From Ramazzottius varieornatus (lineage: Eukaryota > Animalia > Tardigrada): DNA of 64,000 nucleotides. The position numbers and the translations under genes are program-made. Below are positions 25,735 to 37,557 of this stretch, one piece after another. Position 1 is the first letter of the stretch. The number at the start of each line of letters is the position of its first letter. The stretch is from NCBI GenBank assembly GCA_001949185.1, contig BDGG01000005.1:868001-932000 (forward strand), given 5' to 3'. The notes below the pieces were generated by a model. The model ran no database searches. It had not been told where the DNA came from and worked only from the letters and a program-made list of their open reading frames with translations.

Positions 25735-26011
25735 ACGTTTGTTTAATTTGTCTTCAAAGCGTTCTACGAGATTATACAATTTCAGTTTTGGTCGAAACAG
25801 TTACTAGTAATCTGTGATTAGAATGGTTTGTTACAATGAAAAGCTGTGTTCGTTAGGATCGAGGCGCTGAAAAAGATGGTAAAAGTTATTGTCTCGGTGT
25901 AAAAGCGGTGAATACACCCGGCTGTCTAGTAGGTTGATCGAGAAAATATTTCGTAAACACGGTAATAAAACAAGATAAAATTTGGTAAGAAATCAACCAT
26001 ATCGTTCAGAT

Positions 26012-27816
26012 TTAGTGAGCATCTAGAATAATTTGGCGAACAGTTTTCTGACGATGTTGTGGATAGATCAAAGGGTCCGGAGCTTCCTGGTTCAGTAGCT
26101 GGTCATGATAAGCTTCGATCCTGAAATCCTTGAAATCCTTGCGGAGAACCTTTCGGAGGTCATCTTCCTTTCGAACACCTACAAGAAGTGACCAGTCAGC
26201 TTTGGTCTAGACTGTGAAGTGGTGAACTCAAGAAAAACCGTACGTTGTTGAATGATCTCGAACTTTCTTGCCACTGTCGGAATACTCAAGCTGAACAAAA
26301 TTAGCCCGACTACTGCCGACACGCATGCGATCAGGTGACCAACATTCCCTTTCGGGTAATAGTCCCCATACCCGGTGGACGTCAGCGTGATTACGCCCCA
26401 GTAGAAGCTAAGCGGAATACTGGTGAAGATCGTGTCAGGTACTTCGGCGATCTCTGCGTAGTACGTCGCGGAAGAGAGGATCACAGTGGAGATGACCAGA
26501 AGCACGGCAAGTAGGTACAGCTCAGCAGCGGCTGCCTTGACAGTCAAAACGAAGATCTGCATCGTTTTCCATTGCCTCGTCACACGGAAGAGCCGGAGGA
26601 AGCGAACGATGCGAAAGATCCTGAGAGCGGCTAGAGCATCGGACTTGTGGACTCCACCGAGGGACCCTACGATGAAAGTGACGACGGTGATGAAGTAAGG
26701 GATCGTGGAGAGAACGTCGACGAAGTTGTGGATACGGAAGAAGAACTGCTTCTTGGTGATGGAAACGGAGAATCTTACGGACAAGTCGATGACTACCCAA
26801 ATAATGCAGGCCGTTTCGATTGCGAAAAATGGACTCTTCGTAGCGTAGGAGTACATATCCACCTGAGCAAACGGATCGCTTTGATTGAACAACGAAGCTA
26901 AGGTTGCCGCTTCCAACTGAGTCTCATTCTCTGCAATGGAAAAACCATAGCGAGCGAGTTTCAGGCCGTACCCACCGAAACGAGCGGTCAATATCAACAG
27001 GTGGTTATGGCAAGCCACACGAGTCACTTGAATAAAACCACAACAAACTGCAAAACAGCGCTGCAGCCGTGAATCAACAATCAAGCACCTGAGTGATGTT
27101 AAGCACTAACCGATTGATCCTTCCAAGGTGTCTCCTCTCTTCATTCCAGGCAGCGTTTCCACGCAGAAAGCAACGATGGATACGATGACGACGATCCCAT
27201 TGAGCCAGGCCACAAAGTATGCAGCCCAGGAGGATTGCGGATCCTCAAATAATAACCAGAGCTTCCTCCTGAGTGGCTGGTCCGGCACATGGCGCACTGG
27301 ATGTTCAAACAGATGCTCGTCTCGGAACAGCCTCTTCAACGCCGTTTCTCCCATCCCAAAAAACTTGATTTCCTCCAGGAATTCTTCGAACGACACTCGC
27401 GGTGGCTTGATAAGTTCTCCTCCATTATGATAATACCTGGAAGGAAAACACAGCGTCCAAAATGCTTAAAGTATCTGAAAAGCTCGAGAAGTTGATACAT
27501 ACTCGAGGATGGCCGGAAACGAGTCACGCGGTCGTTCGAAGAAGTACTCATTGGTGTCAGGATCGAAGAAGCGATTCCTTATCGCGGGGTTACCCAGCAG
27601 CGTTTCTGGATACTTTTCCAATGTGCCCACACGCGCTTCGTACTTTCGGCCACTGACGTTGATAGTTATACGATCCATCCGTTTAAAAGTCCGAGAAAGG
27701 CAATAATGCTCGGCTCTTTTCTCGGTGCAACTGGGACACATGGTGGTATTGGTGGCAACACTGATGCTCGGTTTCCTGGTGGGGGTACCGGTGCTCGCAA
27801 TACGGTCTTCGTCCAT
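26012..27816 (-). CDS. Divergent Shaker-family voltage-gated K+ channel subunit (1)
   Basis: T1 domain RITINVSGRKYE...TLLGNP...EYFFERPRDSFPAIL; KLWLLFEDPQSS; S4 LRIFRIVRFLRLFRVTR; pore FYWGVITLTSTGYGDYYP. Confidence 0.92.
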
Positions 27817-28580
27817 TGCTACGAGGATTGACTTCCGGTTTCAGGCTCCGGCTGACAATCAAGGATCTCCTTGTTCTTTCTGCTGCTTTGACCAGCTGAT
27901 CATGCAGCTGCCACGGTCAAACTGAAGCGCGACAAGAAAAGCGGCTTATGATAGGCACCAGACGTTGAGTTTCTCTCGAAAGACAGCAGACTTGTTTGAA
28001 GTTCGTGTCTTCGCTCTTCAGCCAAAAATAGGTCTTACCGATACCCGCCGAAACTACTGCGTTTTTACGAAAACAGCCTCGAGGTTCTAGCTAGACAAAC
28101 ACTGTCTACTATATGCCAATTTAGTGGCACAGTTCGATGCTATCTGACGCGTTCAGACCAGCTAAACAACACCAGACTATGGTGTTATCTGATCGTTGGG
28201 TCGACGGAGTACCACGACAGGAATAAAGAAACCCTAACCTTGAAGATCAAACATCATGGCGGTGGGTCGCCACCATTTCGGCTTCTTTCTACTCTCACAG
28301 GAAAGAACCTCTACAAGCTTACTGAAGGCCCGAACCTTGACATAAAACTGCTTTATGGGTTGGGAAAGCAACTGAAACAAAGCGAGTCCACATTGCAAGC
28401 ACGATCTCGCAATTAAAGCGTAAGATAAATCTACCATAAACTGTCGCCAAACAGAAATCAAGGAACATACGCACAATCTCAACAATACTGAAAAAGAAAT
28501 ATTTTACGATTCACGGGTATTGTCAGACCGGCTGGTAGAAACCACCGACACATCGAACTCTGAAAAGCCAGTCGAAGATC

Positions 28581-30100
28581 TCAGACGGTAAAGGTGGACC
28601 TGCCGTTGAGCTTCCCGATCCATGTTTGGACACGCATCAGTCCACCTCGGTGCATGTAGTCGTCCTTTTTCTCTTGGGCCCTTTCTGGATGAATGATCAA
28701 CGTTCTTATCCGGTCTTCGTTCCTAGCACCTAAACAAGCCCATAGAGGCACATTCTATCAATTGAAAAATTCGTGCAACAACGTCCTTTGGAGCTGTACA
28801 TTCTTACGTTGGTAAACTAGATCGTAGTTTCTGGCGACAGCGGGAATACTCAGCGGAAGTACGACAGACCCAACGGCTGCGCACAGGCAGGCCACGAACA
28901 TTCCCCAAGGTCCTTTCGGTGTGAAGTCACCATATCCGACCTGCAAAACAACACCAGTAAACACAGTGTGGAATACAGATACTAGAAAGGAAACGGGTGT
29001 ACCGTGGTCAAAGTGATGAAGGCCCAGTAGAAAGCCCCAGGAATACTCTGGAACAACGTATCTGTTCGACTTAGTTCCGCGTAGTAGATTGCAGCGGCGA
29101 AAAAGACCACACAGATCATCAGAAGGATCAGCAAAAGCCCGATTTCCCACAAGGAGTTGACAACAGTCTTCAGCAGGATGCGGACACCCCGGAAGTGATG
29201 GGTCATCCTCATACGGAGCAGTCTCACCACTCGGAGTTCGCTTAACACAGCAGCAGCCGGTGCGAATTTCTCGTGTTGGTAGCTTGCGATATAAATCAGT
29301 TCGACGTAAAAAGGGACTACTGCTAGTAAATCGATAATATTCCTCATCTGAAGAAAGAATTTCTTCTTGATGGGAGAAACAATGAACCGGGTTACCAACT
29401 CAACCGTGAAGTACACCGTGCAGAAAGCCTCTATTTGGAAGAACGGGTTGGACGCTGCGACTTTGAAAGCCGGAAGTTCCACCAGGTTGTATCTTCTGAA
29501 GATATTGTAGCTGTTGTAGACACCGGGGATGGTCTCTGCGCAGGTGGCTGCCACAGAGAGTATAGCGACGAAGACGCTAACAACGGAAATCAGTCTTGCA
29601 GTGACCGAGCTGGTGTCGTTTTCCAAAAGCAGCCAGATCTTGCGTTGCAGTTCGTTCTTCGGGGCTATTCGTTGATGGAGGAACACTTGTTCGTTCCGAA
29701 ACCATGCTTTCGTGGCGTCTTCGCCCAGGTTGAAGAATTCGATCTCAGCGAGGAAGACGTCGATGGTGACGCCTTCGGGACGACGGAGTTGGCCACCGTT
29801 GATGAAGTAGTTGAAGATGGCGTTGAAGGCGTCAGGATTCCGTTCGAAGAAGTACTCGTGGCGGTGAGAGTCGTAGTGGTGAATGCGTTGGTGGGGATCG
29901 CCCAGAAGGGAAGTAGGGAAGAGGTTTATGGTGTTTTGCGAAATTTCGAAGATTTGCCCACTAACATTGATACGCACACGGGGATTCTTTATGAAGAATG
30001 ATCCACATGACGAACAGGTGTCCTCTTCCAGTAACTCCTGGAGATTGCTTGTCGATGCCCCAACCGTGAAAGTATTGACCGTGGGATGTACGGAAACCAT
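28581..30100 (-). CDS. Divergent Shaker-family voltage-gated K+ channel subunit (2)
   Basis: T1 domain RVRINVSGQIFE...EYFFERNPDAFNAIFNYF; S1-S5; pore FYWAFITLTT|VGYGDFTP split by an intron at ~28941-29002; start codon uncertain. Confidence 0.92.
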
Positions 30101-31363
30101 ATCTGCAAAGAAATCAATTCGACAGTCAGCCCTAATTGCAGTTAGCTTAACACACCTGTTGACTGTCACGAGCTGCTATAGACCAAGCGCGCCTTCACCA
30201 TATCACCGGAGTCGTCCGGATCCGTGGAGAAGCTCTCGGCCGTCTGTAATCCACTGCTCTTCGCCACTGTACACACCAGTGTCGTTCCGCCAGGTATGTG
30301 TAGCGAGGTGTAGAGACTTCCGACTTGCAGATCGCAAAAACCAGCGAAGGTAAACAAGCATACGAGTATCGATTAGTCGAACATGGATTAGGTATAACCA
30401 CATTTACCAGGACAAATCACATATGAGTAATATAACGCAATATGATGTACACGACATGACTTACTGTGTGACTGTGTCCACGATGAGGAACGTTCTCCAA
30501 TTTCCAGTCTAGTTCTCCGGTTCTCCTGTTTCGCCATGACCTCCATGACATCCTGTAGTCTGGATCGACTCCTCCCACATTTTTGACCGTAGTCACCGTA
30601 CCTTGACTTGGCACGTACGCTTCACGGTTCGGCCGAGAATCTGGCCCGCGATGATTCTGTTTCCTCGGGGCCTTTACCCGAGATACATGGCTCCTTCTTC
30701 TCACTCCCTTGGCTAGCTCTGCGGAATGTTCTACCCGTCTTCCATTCCCTGATATTCAAGTGTCCCTCCAGCAATCACGGATCTGCGGGGCACTTTTCCC
30801 ATTTTCTAGAACATAAAACTTGAATATAATTCCATTTTCGCCAACAATCGCTTGGAGAAACAACGATAAAATAGCACTTCCGGTCACCGTGACCATGAAA
30901 GGATGCACGAGGTCTCCAGTTGGTGTACTACGTGCACGCCCATGCCGCCTATGCGCCGCTGTTGTGGGGGCGCATTAACAAAGCATGCGCGGAACATGCG
31001 CATAGGCGAGCAGCAGACTCGAAAGTTGAAACAAGCAGTAAGGTTGTGCCAATCAAAACGATGTGCCACGCTAACGCACCGTTGATTGACGGGTTCAGTT
31101 AGATCACAGAGCCAATTCTCATCTGGCTGAACCATAAATGATTGAGTCGAACCGGGATGGAGGGCTTTTAAACGACGGATTTCTTTCAGCAATTTCGTAC
31201 GACGTGTGTTTCCTTCTCTCGGCGGAACTGCTCCTGTCTCATCCATCTTTGCTTCCATTCCCATCGAGCTGGTTAGAGAGCTTCCAGGAAGACATTAGAG
31301 ACATCAAAGATCTGATTTGCAGTATTCCTCCTTGCCAGAACATTCTGCAATTGATCGACTAGG

Positions 31364-34300
31364 ATGGCAGCCAGAGGTACGTTCTGGAAACAATCAGCTG
31401 ATTTCACACTAACTTCGTATCCTGCTTCGCGCTGTGTTTTCCGGTGAAGTCCAGGAAATTTCAGATGAGGGAAAGATAACTGCTCACCAAGGTTTTTCTT
31501 GCAGAAGCGTTTGTGACGCTGGCGACGAACGATTCGTACAGTTTGGGAGCACTTGTCCTGGGACATTCCTTGAGAAATGTGGGAACAACCCGCGCCTTGC
31601 ATGTTCTCATCACTCCCGGAGTTACACAAGCCATGAGGTAACTGTTTAGTCTTTCGTTTAGTCTTCAAATTCTGATCATTTTGAAGGTGGAAATGTTTTG
31701 AGATGGGAGGAAGCGGCTCCCTGAGAACTTGTTCAGTTCGTAAAACGTACTTTTCCGGTTGCGGTATGAGTGCAGTTTCCTGCGCTACGGTACACACCGC
31801 TGTAGGGTTTTCGTGTGGGGGAAAGCTTGATTGACCGGAAAATTCCCCAACCATTGATTTTGCCGGTACGGTATCCTCACACCGCAGAAAGCTTTCCAGT
31901 AATCTTAGACGCTTCCTGTGAATGCAGGGAGCCTGTGCTCGAGACGTCGAGCCACGTCTGTTCTAAATTTAGAAGCATCTCACCGGCTGCTTACGCTGAT
32001 GCTCATGATGTTGTCAGCTGAAGAAAATTACATCATAGAAAACGCAGCGTCGAGGATCTTGACTGTGAATGAGTGAGTTGTAGCATGGGCTAGTTCCCTA
32101 ATTCGTTTCTCTGTTTGCAGAACTCAGCTATCTAAAGTTTACGATGTCGTCACCTTGGTTGATGTACTTGACTCCCAAGACGAGGCAAACTTGGCACTTC
32201 TGTCTCGACCTGAACTTGGTGTGACACTGACAAAGCTTCACGCCTGGAATCTGACGACATACACCAAGGCAGTCTTCCTGGATGCCGACGCTCTGGTAAC
32301 TATTTCGCAGTCACGGCATTTCGCGTCTTTCATTTTTCGAACTGCTCTTCAGTGTCCCTTGTCTTTCGAGCATTATTTTATCTACTCATCAGATTGAAGA
32401 GGAAATTTATAATATATTCCGTATCTTCTTGCAGGTTTTGCAGAACGTCGACGAGCTTTTCGACAGAGACGAACTATCAGCAGCTCCCGATGTTGGCTGG
32501 CCCGATTGCTTCAACACTGGTGTCTTCGTCTTCCGACCTTCCACACAGACTTTTCATGCCCTTATCGAACATGCCGTTCAGAAAGGATCTTTTGATGGTA
32601 AGCCTAGAACCTTTTTCGCACACGGCCCCAGCTTGGATAGCTTGAACAGCAGAGTATTCTCCCCTTAGGTGGCGATCAAGGCCTTCTTAACAGTTTCTTC
32701 AGTGATTGGGCCACAACAGATATCCGCAAGCATCTGCCCTTCATTTACAACATGGTTGCCACTGTCGTTTACAGCTACGCACCTGCCTTCAAAGAGTAAT
32801 TTCCATCAGAGTCTTTGGTTTTATCATGGCTTACGACAAGTGTGTATAATGTGGTTCTTCTTGCAGGTATGGCAAGAACGTCAAGATTGTGCACTTCCTG
32901 GGCAGCACTAAGCCATGGCATCAGCAGGCTGGCCCTTCTACCGGCTCCTCCGCAGTATTAGGCAACTTCCTCCAGATGTGGTGGGACCTTTTCAACTCGC
33001 ATGTGCGCGGTCAGCTGGAAGGAAACCTGGTAGGTGGCTGAACGTTACTTTTCATGCGACCATCGAGGTGGTTTATTACCAGATGGCCAGAAGTGGTAAA
33101 CGAGGTATATCCAGGGTTGCACGACGAGCTAACCAGCATCTGAAACATGCAACAAATCATGATAAAACAGGTTTTGATGTCACGCGAGCACGCTTCCGGT
33201 TGGTGGGCTTTCCACTACGCGAGCTCGTGGGCGACATTACTGTCTGGGTTCAAGCCGATCGACCGATACAGTAGTCTTTGCTTTTATCTGAAGTTGAGAT
33301 TATCCTTTTTGTCTGTCTTATAGGCTGGATTAGCCGGTAGCTTCAGTCGCTTGGACTTGGGTTCGGGCTCGGAGGCACGCATTGGTCAACTTCCGCCACG
33401 CCAGAGCCAGCGTAGCGACTGGGAGGCAGGCCACATTGACTATCTGGGCGAGGATCGTTTTGATAACATTCAGAACACGATCAATCGCTCCATCGGTGGT
33501 GGCCCGACTCGTGAACGCACTCCACCTCAGACACAGTCACAACCACAGACTTCGCAGCAACAGCAGGGGTCTCAGCAGCAGACACGACAGACTAGTCCTC
33601 CGCAACAGCAGCAAGAACAGCAGACACAACAGTCCAGTGGTGAGTCTGGACAACAGTCCCAATCACAGTCGGTCCGAGTTGAAAGTCATGCTGCTGGTGT
33701 TGGTGCCGTTGCTGGTGGAGCTGCGGCTGTCCAGGGAGGAAGACAACAGAGTCCTCCGACACAGACTGAGCAACAGCAGTCTGGGCAACAGCAGTCTGGG
33801 CAACAGCATGGTAGCCAGCAGATTCAGCAGGGAAGACAGCCCAGTCCTTCTTCGCAGACCGGACAGTCCACAAGTGTGCCGACCAAGTCTGAATCGCGTG
33901 TGGTGGCTGCCGAGGATGAACGTGATCGTCTTCATACGGTCAGTACTGGTGCGGGACAAGGTCAAGGACAGGCTCAGGGACAACAGGGTGATCGACAAGC
34001 CAGTCCTCCAGTTCAGCAGCCCGGTGGTCACCTGCAGACTTTGCAGAGTATTCGTACCGGCCAACATCGACCCGCTCAAGACCAGCAGGGACAACATGGA
34101 AGTGGACAGCAGTTTGGTCAGCCACAGGGGCAAGAGGCTCAGCACGACCAGCAGGGCCACGCTTCGGCTCACCAAGGACAGCAGCAACAAGTACTACAGG
34201 GCGCTCGCCAGGTTAGCCCGCCTGTTGGCCAGCAGTCTGGTGGACAAGGACAACACACCCAGCAGGGCCATCCACAGCAACAAGGACACCCTATGGGCCA

Positions 34301-34718
34301 TCAACAGGGCCCGCCACATGGACAACACATGGGTCGCCAAGCTACTCCGCCGTTCCAAGGTGGACCGCCCGGACAAGGATATCCTGCTCAACAGTACCAG
34401 CCAGGACAACAGTACCAGCCACATCAGGGTCCAGGTCTGTATCCGCAGATGCAGGGGAACATCCAGAACCGTCCACAAGGCCCAGTCGGTCCCATCACAC
34501 CGGAACAATTCCATCAGCAAAGCTTCCCGAGTCAGGAATTTCAGCAGCACGTCCTGCAGCAAGCTCACATGGGACCAGGTGGGCCTCAGTTCCATCCCGA
34601 GGTCCGCGATGATTTCTACCCGGGTGATCCACGACACCCCCAAGCCGGACCAGGCCAACCCAGACATCCACAACAGGGACCGGGAGGAAACATGCCACCG
34701 GGACCGCCTCGTCATTGA
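31364..34718 (+). CDS. GYG: Glycogenin with long Q/G/P/H-rich C-terminal extension
   Basis: [89 protein letters not shown] and glycogen-synthase-binding motif [17 protein letters not shown]. Confidence 0.95.
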
Positions 34719-35133
34719 GCAAGAGAATTCTCTAACTTGCCCTTTTAGTATAGCTCAATAGCATCGATACAGTTTGCTTTGCTCATGTCAAAATCCTTTT
34801 CAGTAACGAAACTTTTGATTTTGCTACTTCGCCCTTTGAATCTTATCCTTTTATCGTGTTGTCTATGGTGAAGGTTACAGCGTTCTTTGGTGATAGTTTA
34901 GTATACCCATCGGTGGCTTCTTGTGGTGATACTTATTGCAATATCGATAACTTGATGGCTATTCTATTTAGGCTATAGTTTTATTCGCTGGTGTTCGGTG
35001 CTTCTTTTCGGTATAATCCTTCAAATAAAAGTTTAACAGTAATTTAAGGTTCGTACAACTTCATGCGAATCAAGTAAATCAACAATACAGTAGTCTTCGT
35101 AAATTTCAGATCAGAAGGAGAACGATCTGGCTT

Positions 35134-37557
35134 TCACATGAACATCCACATGAGTTCCAGAGCTTCTGGATCGATGTCTCCGATGCCGTGGAAGAGGTGA
35201 GCTAAAACTGCCACATCTTCCACATCATCCACCATGTTACCGTTGGCTCCGTGGATCACCATCTCACCACCCTGTCCTTCTTCCAGTTCTTCCGGGTTGT
35301 TATGCACACCGACGTGGAATACCGGAGCTTGATTCACTTGGTTCACGGTCACAGGAGCCATGCGGATGACGGTGTTGCTCGACCGCTGTGGTGCACGCGG
35401 ATTGGTACGAAGGTTGGGGAGCGACGGAAAGTCGTCGCTGTCATCGTCGTCATCTTCACCAGGTGGTGGATCGCGATCAGCCATTCGAACGTCATCCTGA
35501 CTTTCCAACCCGGAATCGTTACCGTCATCATCGTCGTCATCGTCGCTGATGAATCCTTCACGACCTTCAGACATGTCGGGCTCGAGTTCCGGTCGGCGGT
35601 ACTTTTGGTCCAGAGCCAGTTGCTGAAGTGGGGTGAGCTTGTCGGAAAACTCGGGCTGGAGACGGAGCTGAGCGTAGTTAACGGTGAGGAACAAGCGGAT
35701 GAATTCAGCAAGGAAGGGACTCTGCAGAGCTTCGTTCCAGATGTGGAGGTCGATGACGTTGTCCAAGTCGATGTTGCGAGCAATCTCTCTCTCGACGAGG
35801 TGTTGGAGGCCTTTGAGGTCGTAACGATGGGCGGCAAGGAGGAGTTCGAAGGGAGTTCTGTTTAGACCGGTGACTTGGAGCGTGTAGCAGTACTCCAGGA
35901 GCTTTTTCAGAACAGCTTCTGTCAGATCGGGGAACCTGAGCGGCTGTTTCTGGTCTAGCGAGTATTTATCAGCGAGGTGCGAAAGGACTCCGCCATTCAA
36001 CTGCAAAACTTGCCTAAAATGTGGGAAGAAACGCGGGTAGGCCCGAAGAAAAGTAATTTGAAAAAAGCAATTTGCCGGCAAATACGTGTTTTATCCGTAA
36101 TCTGAAGATCGAAAATTGATAGAATGTGCCGATGATATGTATTTTTACTGTAGATAGATGCTTACGAATGGACGCGGAAGATCTTCCCGTTCTTGGCTTC
36201 CATACGAACACGTCCAGCCGGATTGCCGTTATTCCACAGTCTTTTCATGTGAGAAGCTATCGCCGATTCCGCGTCCTCTGTCCCTTTGGAAAAGCGATGT
36301 CGGAACTGCGTTTGTTCCCGGCCATATATGCAGAAGGAAAGAACGAAGACGATGGAGGACTTTTTACACAGCCTCAGCTGTTCTCGGTTGGCGAACTTCC
36401 GCAATACCCATCCCTTTTTGCCTCGTTTGAAAGCATTGCTTTTCTTACTGGTCTCCTGAAGCTTCTCACGGTGCTCTTTTATAGTTTCCTGGATGCCTCG
36501 GTAGGATAGCTGGGAAGGCTGGAGAAGGGTGATTTGGAACCCGGCACAGATCTGCGCTTCCGGTCCGCTGTTGTACCTCACCGCCATACCTGGTAAAACG
36601 ATTGTTTCTTACCTTATCGAAAATGAGCTCTTTAAAGTGCCGATCATTTGGTTCGTGCAATCAACGGACGCGTTGCTTGATTGGCAATCAACTCTTCGAA
36701 CTTTCGATTACTCGAGCCACATGATCGGCACTTTAGAGTATGTTTTTGCGAGTGTAGTTGTGGCCTTTCTCACCTACCTTACCTACGAGTCCTTCCCGGT
36801 TGTTACTCCGATATCCATAAGGATAAGCAATAGCTTGCCACGTCGTGTTTCCCGCGCCTTCATAGATTGGTCCTGGAATGGTCACATCAGAAACGGACCC
36901 GTTGTGCGTCCTGGATCGTCGAGAAGGTTTCCGGAAGAACTCTGACTTGGCCGGATTGTCGATTTGCCATATACAATGAAAGTAATTTTTCTTCGTCTTG
37001 ATTTCATGGTAACTACATACGCTGGCCATGCGCTCCTTTTTCATTTGCTCGGCGAACACAGCGGCAGTCACTAGTTGTGGCACGAACCGGTCTTGAGTCT
37101 CCCATCCTGCGCAGGAAATAGTCATGAACTGTGGCCCGCCGATTCCGTAACACACAGCAGCATCAATGGTACGTTTCTTCTGTCCTCTGTTACAACTGAT
37201 ATGTAATGTCTCAGTCTCGTTTATTAGTCCTTCCAGGTTCGCACGGAATCGTTTTCGGGTAGGCTGTCCCAGTATTTCATCACGAAACCTCCCGAGCCGA
37301 ACAGGTTCATCTTTGGTTTCTGTCACGAGTTCCCGTAAATCAAATAACGTCCTACTGCATCGCGGTACAAGGTCCTCCTCGATAACCAAGGTAGATTCGA
37401 CCACTTTGAGCGCTGAAGTAATATCTTCGAGGGACTTTTGCACCTTTATTCCTTCTTCCAGGGATCTCTGGACCTTGTCTTGTTCGTTGCTCTCTTCGCG
37501 GGCCGTATTGTCTGTGTACTCGGGTATGATCGAACTGGACTCTTCCTGGTTGGCCAT
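35134..37557 (-). CDS. MATH-like + BTB protein with N-terminal extension and acidic C-terminal tail
   Basis: MATH-like strands (FHCIWQIDN, WQAIAYPYG, GWVLRKF); BTB VRMEAKNGKIFRVH...LKKLLEYCYT...ELLLAAHRYDLKGL. Joining three ORF segments into one gene is inferred. Confidence 0.72.

Noticed and set aside
33382-34761. 459-aa alternative-frame ORF overlapping the glycogenin tail
   Set aside because: Stop-poor shadow frame expected from CAG/CAA-rich low-complexity sequence; no motifs recognised.
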